DNA of 64,000 bases, taken from contig JAJREF010000001.1 of assembly GCA_047459655.1 (NCBI GenBank), forward strand, positions 544,001 to 608,000. Reading direction: 5' to 3'. The notes beneath the pieces were generated by a model, which had not been told where the DNA came from, did no database searches, and saw only the letters and a list, made by a program, of their open reading frames with translations. A program made the position numbers and the translations under genes. This stretch comes from Rhabdochlamydiaceae bacterium. GTDB lineage: Bacteria > Chlamydiota > Chlamydiia > Chlamydiales > Rhabdochlamydiaceae. Shown piece by piece: positions 60,063 through 64,000 of this stretch (the first letter of the stretch is position 1; each line of letters begins with the position of its first letter).

Positions 60063-61462
60063 TTATTTCTTATGTTTAACTTTGTTAAATCCGTTTAGTG
60101 CAGCGATCCGGTATCCTTCCGCATACGTTGGGTAATTAAACACTTGATCAATAAAATAGTCAATCTTCGCGTTAAAACTCATAGCGACCTGACCGATATG
60201 AATGACTTCAGTAGCCGCCCGCCCAATAATATGAATCCCCAAGATTTCCAATGTTTCCTCGTGAAACAAGATCTTAAACATCCCCGGATCATTTCCGATG
60301 TATCCGGTTCCTGGCAATCTCGTAGTAGTAAGCTCTTCCTACCGCATACCGGAACCCTAATTGCTTCAGTTCCTCCTCAGTATAACCACAGGATGATATT
60401 TCGGGTATTGTATAAATTCCGATCGGGTAAAATGTCGGAAAATGGTGCGTCTGGACCCCAAAAGCATGTCTTGCGGCCAGTCTTCCCTGTTCCATGCCCG
60501 TTGCTGCAAGCGCAGGCCCTCCAATCACATCTCCTGCCGCATAAATGTGAGAAACCCGCGTCTGAAAAAGGGCATTCACTGGAATGTATCCTTTTGGACT
60601 GAGTGTAATGCCTGCGTTCCCAATATGAAGATGATTGACATTTGCTTCCCTTCCAAGGGCATATAAAAGCATTTCAGCCTGTAATATAGATCCATCTGTG
60701 CACCTCACTTCTACGTGGTTATTGTTACGAATGATCGACTCTGGTTGTTTTTTCCCTATCACTTTCAATCCAATGTTCGCTAGAGCTTGCTGCAGATGCA
60801 ATCCAATCTCCACATCTAAAAGAGGCAGCAAGTGATCTCTTTTATCCACAACTGTTACTTCCGTTCCTGAAAGCAGCAAAAAAGCTGGCGTACTCCGATC
60901 CAATAATTCCTCCTCCTAAAACAATGAGCGTTTTAGGAAGATGATCAATCATCAAAAGCCTTGTCGAATCTAAAATCACCTGATTGTCGAAAGGAAGGTT
61001 CATCGGATTCCGCGGTTTTGATCCCGTTGCAATTAAAAAAAACTGACTCTCAATGCACAAAACAACCTCATCTTTTTCATTGAGGACCTCTACATGATAG
61101 GGGTCTTTAAACCTTGCAGTTCCTTGAATCAATTGAATATTATTTTTTCCAAATTGATGCAGAATGATACGCCGCTGCTCATCTAAAACCCTGTGAAGAC
61201 GGTAGTTCAAGTCGCTGATCGAGATGGTCCGCTTGAGATGATCTTTCCCATAAAAACTTCTTTGATAGAAATCTGTAAGAGCCAAAATCGCTTCCCTTAG
61301 CGATTTAGAGGGAATTGTCCCCGAGTTTAAAGAGGCACCTCCAGGATGAGTATCCTGCTCAATCACTACAACAGATTTTTTCAATTTAGCTGCTTGGATA
61401 GCCGCCTTTTGACCTGCCGGACCCGATCCTATGACCACATAATCAACGCTTAGCTCTTTCAT
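60063..61462 (-). CDS. sthA: Soluble pyridine nucleotide transhydrogenase (two frameshifts)
   Basis: GSGPAGQKAA, GTIPSKSLRE, GGGIIGSEYAS, GIYTIPEIS, FNYPTYAEGYRIAALNG. Confidence 0.92.
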
Positions 61463-61508
61463 TTTTTACACATCAAATTAAAATTTATATTTAACATTAC
61501 AAATTTTG

Positions 61509-61537
61509 TTGTTCAATAAGAATTCTCCTGGTATATT
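61509..61537 (+). promoter_or_regulatory. Putative sigma66 promoter for rpmB
   Basis: TTGTTC-17 nt-TATATT with extended TG. Confidence 0.45.
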
Positions 61538-61563
61538 GCTTTTCTTTAGATGAAAGGATATAT

Positions 61564-61839
61564 ATGCCAAGAAAATGTCAAGTAACTGGAAAAATCCCCG
61601 TAAGAGGCAATAGTTACGCTCTCCGCGGGATTGCAAAAAAGAAAAAAGGTGTAGGTCTTAAGGTGACAGGCATCAAACGCCGTCGTTTTAACCCTAACTT
61701 GGTGAAAAAGAAATTTTGGTTCCCAGAAGAAAACCGTTTCGTGACTCTCACCGTAACAACAAACGGAATGAGAACCATGATGAAACATGGGATGGCCGCT
61801 ATCGTTCGTGATTTACGTCGTAAAGGCGAAACTGTTTAA
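61564..61839 (+). CDS. rpmB: 50S ribosomal protein L28
   Basis: MPRKCQVTGK...RGIAKKKKGVGLKVTG..RRFNPNL (chlamydial long form). Confidence 0.96.
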   Translation: MPRKCQVTGKIPVRGNSYALRGIAKKKKGVGLKVTGIKRRRFNPNLVKKKFWFPEENRFVTLTVTTNGMRTMMKHGMAAIVRDLRRKGETV

Positions 61840-62851
61840 GTTTTTTCGTCTCTCATTTGCTATCGTTTTTATCTCTCTTTTCTACGTCTGGGTAGTTTGC
61901 AGAGCTACCCACGTAGAGCTTCCCTCTCCTGGAAAACCGCTTCTTTTTTACTCTAACCAGACACGGCAAGACCTCCGCCTGACCTTTCGTAAAGCTATTC
62001 GGTCCGCTAAGCACTCGATCCACATCAATATGTATGCTCTCACAGACCCCCTTCTACTAAAATGGCTCAAACTACAAGCAAGTCATGATGTCCATGTGAC
62101 CCTCTATTTTGATCCTTCTGCAGGACATGTGGAAAGCTCTCCCCACTTTGACGCCATTCCCCTCAAAACCCGAGGACTCATGCATCAAAAAATTCTCATC
62201 ATCGATGACCACCTCGTCTTTCTAGGCTCTGCCAATATGACAACCTCTTCCCTTGTCTTGCATGACAATCTCACTCTAGGTTTCCACTCCCCTCTCCTCG
62301 CACAATTTCTCAAAGACCCTCTCCACTACGCCCCCCACCTTCCCCGCCAAAAAATTCCCTCCTATCCCCCACTCCCCTTTCAAATCGGCTCCCAACAAGC
62401 CCAGCTATGGATGCTCCCTGATAGACAAGGAAGCGCTTTAGCACAAGTCATCCACGAGATAGATAGTGCCACTAAAACAATCTTCATCTCGATGTTCACC
62501 CTCACACACCCTGACCTAACGGAAGCCCTTATCTCAGCTAAAAAACGGGGCGTTGATGTAAGGCTCTGCAGTGATTTTTATGCCGGTAGAGGCGCCAGCA
62601 GGAAATCCCTAAAAAGACTTCAAGAAGAAAATATCCCTCTACTATTTAGCCAAGGTCAGCAACTGCTCCACCATAAATGGGCGCTCATCGATGATCATAC
62701 ACTCATCGTAGGGTCGACCAACTGGACAAAAGCTGCCTTCACAAAAAATCGCGATTGCCTTCTTTTTTTAAAAGACTTATCCTCCGATCAACAGGCCTAT
62801 CTAAAACGGCTGTGGAAAGTTGTTGTTTCTGATGGGAGAAAGAATTTTTAG
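61787..62851 (+). CDS. Phospholipase D-family protein (start uncertain)
   Basis: Two HKD motifs: HQKILIID..GSAN and HHKWALID..GSTN. Confidence 0.9.
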   Translation: MGWPLSFVIYVVKAKLFKFFRLSFAIVFISLFYVWVVCRATHVELPSPGKPLLFYSNQTRQDLRLTFRKAIRSAKHSIHINMYALTDPLLLKWLKLQASHDVHVTLYFDPSAGHVESSPHFDAIPLKTRGLMHQKILIIDDHLVFLGSANMTTSSLVLHDNLTLGFHSPLLAQFLKDPLHYAPHLPRQKIPSYPPLPFQIGSQQAQLWMLPDRQGSALAQVIHEIDSATKTIFISMFTLTHPDLTEALISAKKRGVDVRLCSDFYAGRGASRKSLKRLQEENIPLLFSQGQQLLHHKWALIDDHTLIVGSTNWTKAAFTKNRDCLLFLKDLSSDQQAYLKRLWKVVVSDGRKNF

Positions 62852-62854
62852 TCT

Positions 62855-63455
62855 ATGACAATCTTAAGTCTTGCTTATACCTTCTTCCTACTCATGGATT
62901 CCATTGGCAATATCCCGCTCTTTATTTCCCTACTCAAAGAGCTCAACCCAAAAAGACAAAGACAAATCATCCTAAGAGAGCTACTTATCGCTCTTGTCAT
63001 TATGATTGGATTTATCTTCATTGGTGATGCAATTCTTTCTTCGCTTGGAATATCGAACTACTCCATCTTGATGTCAGGTGGTATTATCTTATTTATCATC
63101 TCTCTTAAAATGATTTTTCCTTCTCCCCACGACCATACGAACGAATATGGGAAAAGAAAAAGAGCCATTCATTGTGCCCCTCGCCGTCCCTCTTGTGGCA
63201 GGGCCGGCTGTTTTAGCGACAATCATGTTATACGCTAAACAAGAGGAAGGTTATTTTGTAATCGTATCGGCAATTATCCTTGCCTGGGCTCTTTCTACAG
63301 TTATCCTTCTCTCTTCTTCTATTTTAAAACGTTGGATGGGATTAAAAGGAATCATTGCGTGCGAGCGCCTCATGGGCCTTCTGCTAGTTATGCTCTCTAT
63401 CCAGATGTTTCTAGGTGGCGTGACAGATTACTATCTTTCTCTTGAAAAACTCTAG
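62855..63455 (+). CDS. MarC-family membrane protein (frameshift ~63155)
   Basis: MDSIGNIPLF, SGGIILF, VPLAVPLVAGPA, ERLMGLLL. Confidence 0.9.
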
Positions 63456-63961
63456 CCTAGAAATCCAGAAAAATACTCTTCGACGATTTCCCGAGGCAGA
63501 TAGCTTAGAAACAGCTTCTTCCTAGCCAAGCGAAACTCTCGAGCATCATTTGGGTGCAAGCTCCCCTCAATTGCTACCGCAAACTCTCTTTCTGTGACCC
63601 AGCCATACGTAGGAGAATACAAGTTTACGTCTCCAAATGGGTAAAAGTCATCTTCGGTAATAGAAAAAAACTTAGTAACCTCTCCTATAAGCTTTTCTTC
63701 AGACGCTGGACTCATATTATCCTGCAGAAATGGATGAGGGACCTCTCCCTGACTAAAGCTTTTATTGAAAACACAAGAAAGAAGACTCAGTATAGGGACT
63801 GCACACTGATCGACACGCAAAATGCTGGGAGAAAAGATCTGATCTCTATTAATAGTTGTAAAGAGAATTGGATCTGTCCATCCTGTATCTTCTGGTCGAT
63901 TACTCAGGTCCTCCAAATTAAAACCGACCATTGAAGAAGGAGAACACACTAATTCTTGCAT
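63452..63961 (-). CDS. Hypothetical protein
   Basis: 169-aa ORF convergent on marC. Confidence 0.55.
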   Translation of the reverse strand: MQELVCSPSSMVGFNLEDLSNRPEDTGWTDPILFTTINRDQIFSPSILRVDQCAVPILSLLSCVFNKSFSQGEVPHPFLQDNMSPASEEKLIGEVTKFFSITEDDFYPFGDVNLYSPTYGWVTEREFAVAIEGSLHPNDAREFRLARKKLFLSYLPREIVEEYFSGFLG

Positions 63962-64000
63962 GACTTTATAACGCGATGTTCGCTCTTGCGCATAAAGAGA

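Overview
Chromosomal segment of an environmental chlamydia (phylum Chlamydiota). The assignment rests on conserved chlamydial synteny (infB-rbfA-truB-ribF-ychF, then the T3SS block sctU-sctV-copN-scc1-malQ, plus priA-lysS and rpmB-PLD-marC) and a MOMP/Lpg1974-like porin. More than 20 genes, including essential ones, are split by 1-nt indels, mostly at homopolymers. The two near-identical IS copies are each broken at a different homopolymer, so these breaks are most likely long-read consensus errors rather than pseudogenes. The window holds four tRNAs (Tyr, Thr, Asp, Val) and two copies of a ~1.47-kb IS1202-family element with 15/16-bp target duplications. The most notable signal is a dense set of unannotated ~140-165-bp palindromic miniature elements from at least five families. 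They nest inside one another, form tandems, interrupt gene remnants (rhuM and a Fic-like tail) and bracket a CAAX-protease gene. Two of them are near-perfect 57-79-bp-arm foldbacks with a covarying core. Other points of interest: a RibF lacking its kinase domain at a palindrome, an apparent in-frame SctV-CopN read-through, a DEAD-box helicase with a 21-nt tandem-repeat tail, a candidate structured ncRNA and proline-rich effector candidates. All calls come from reading the sequence; no searches were run.
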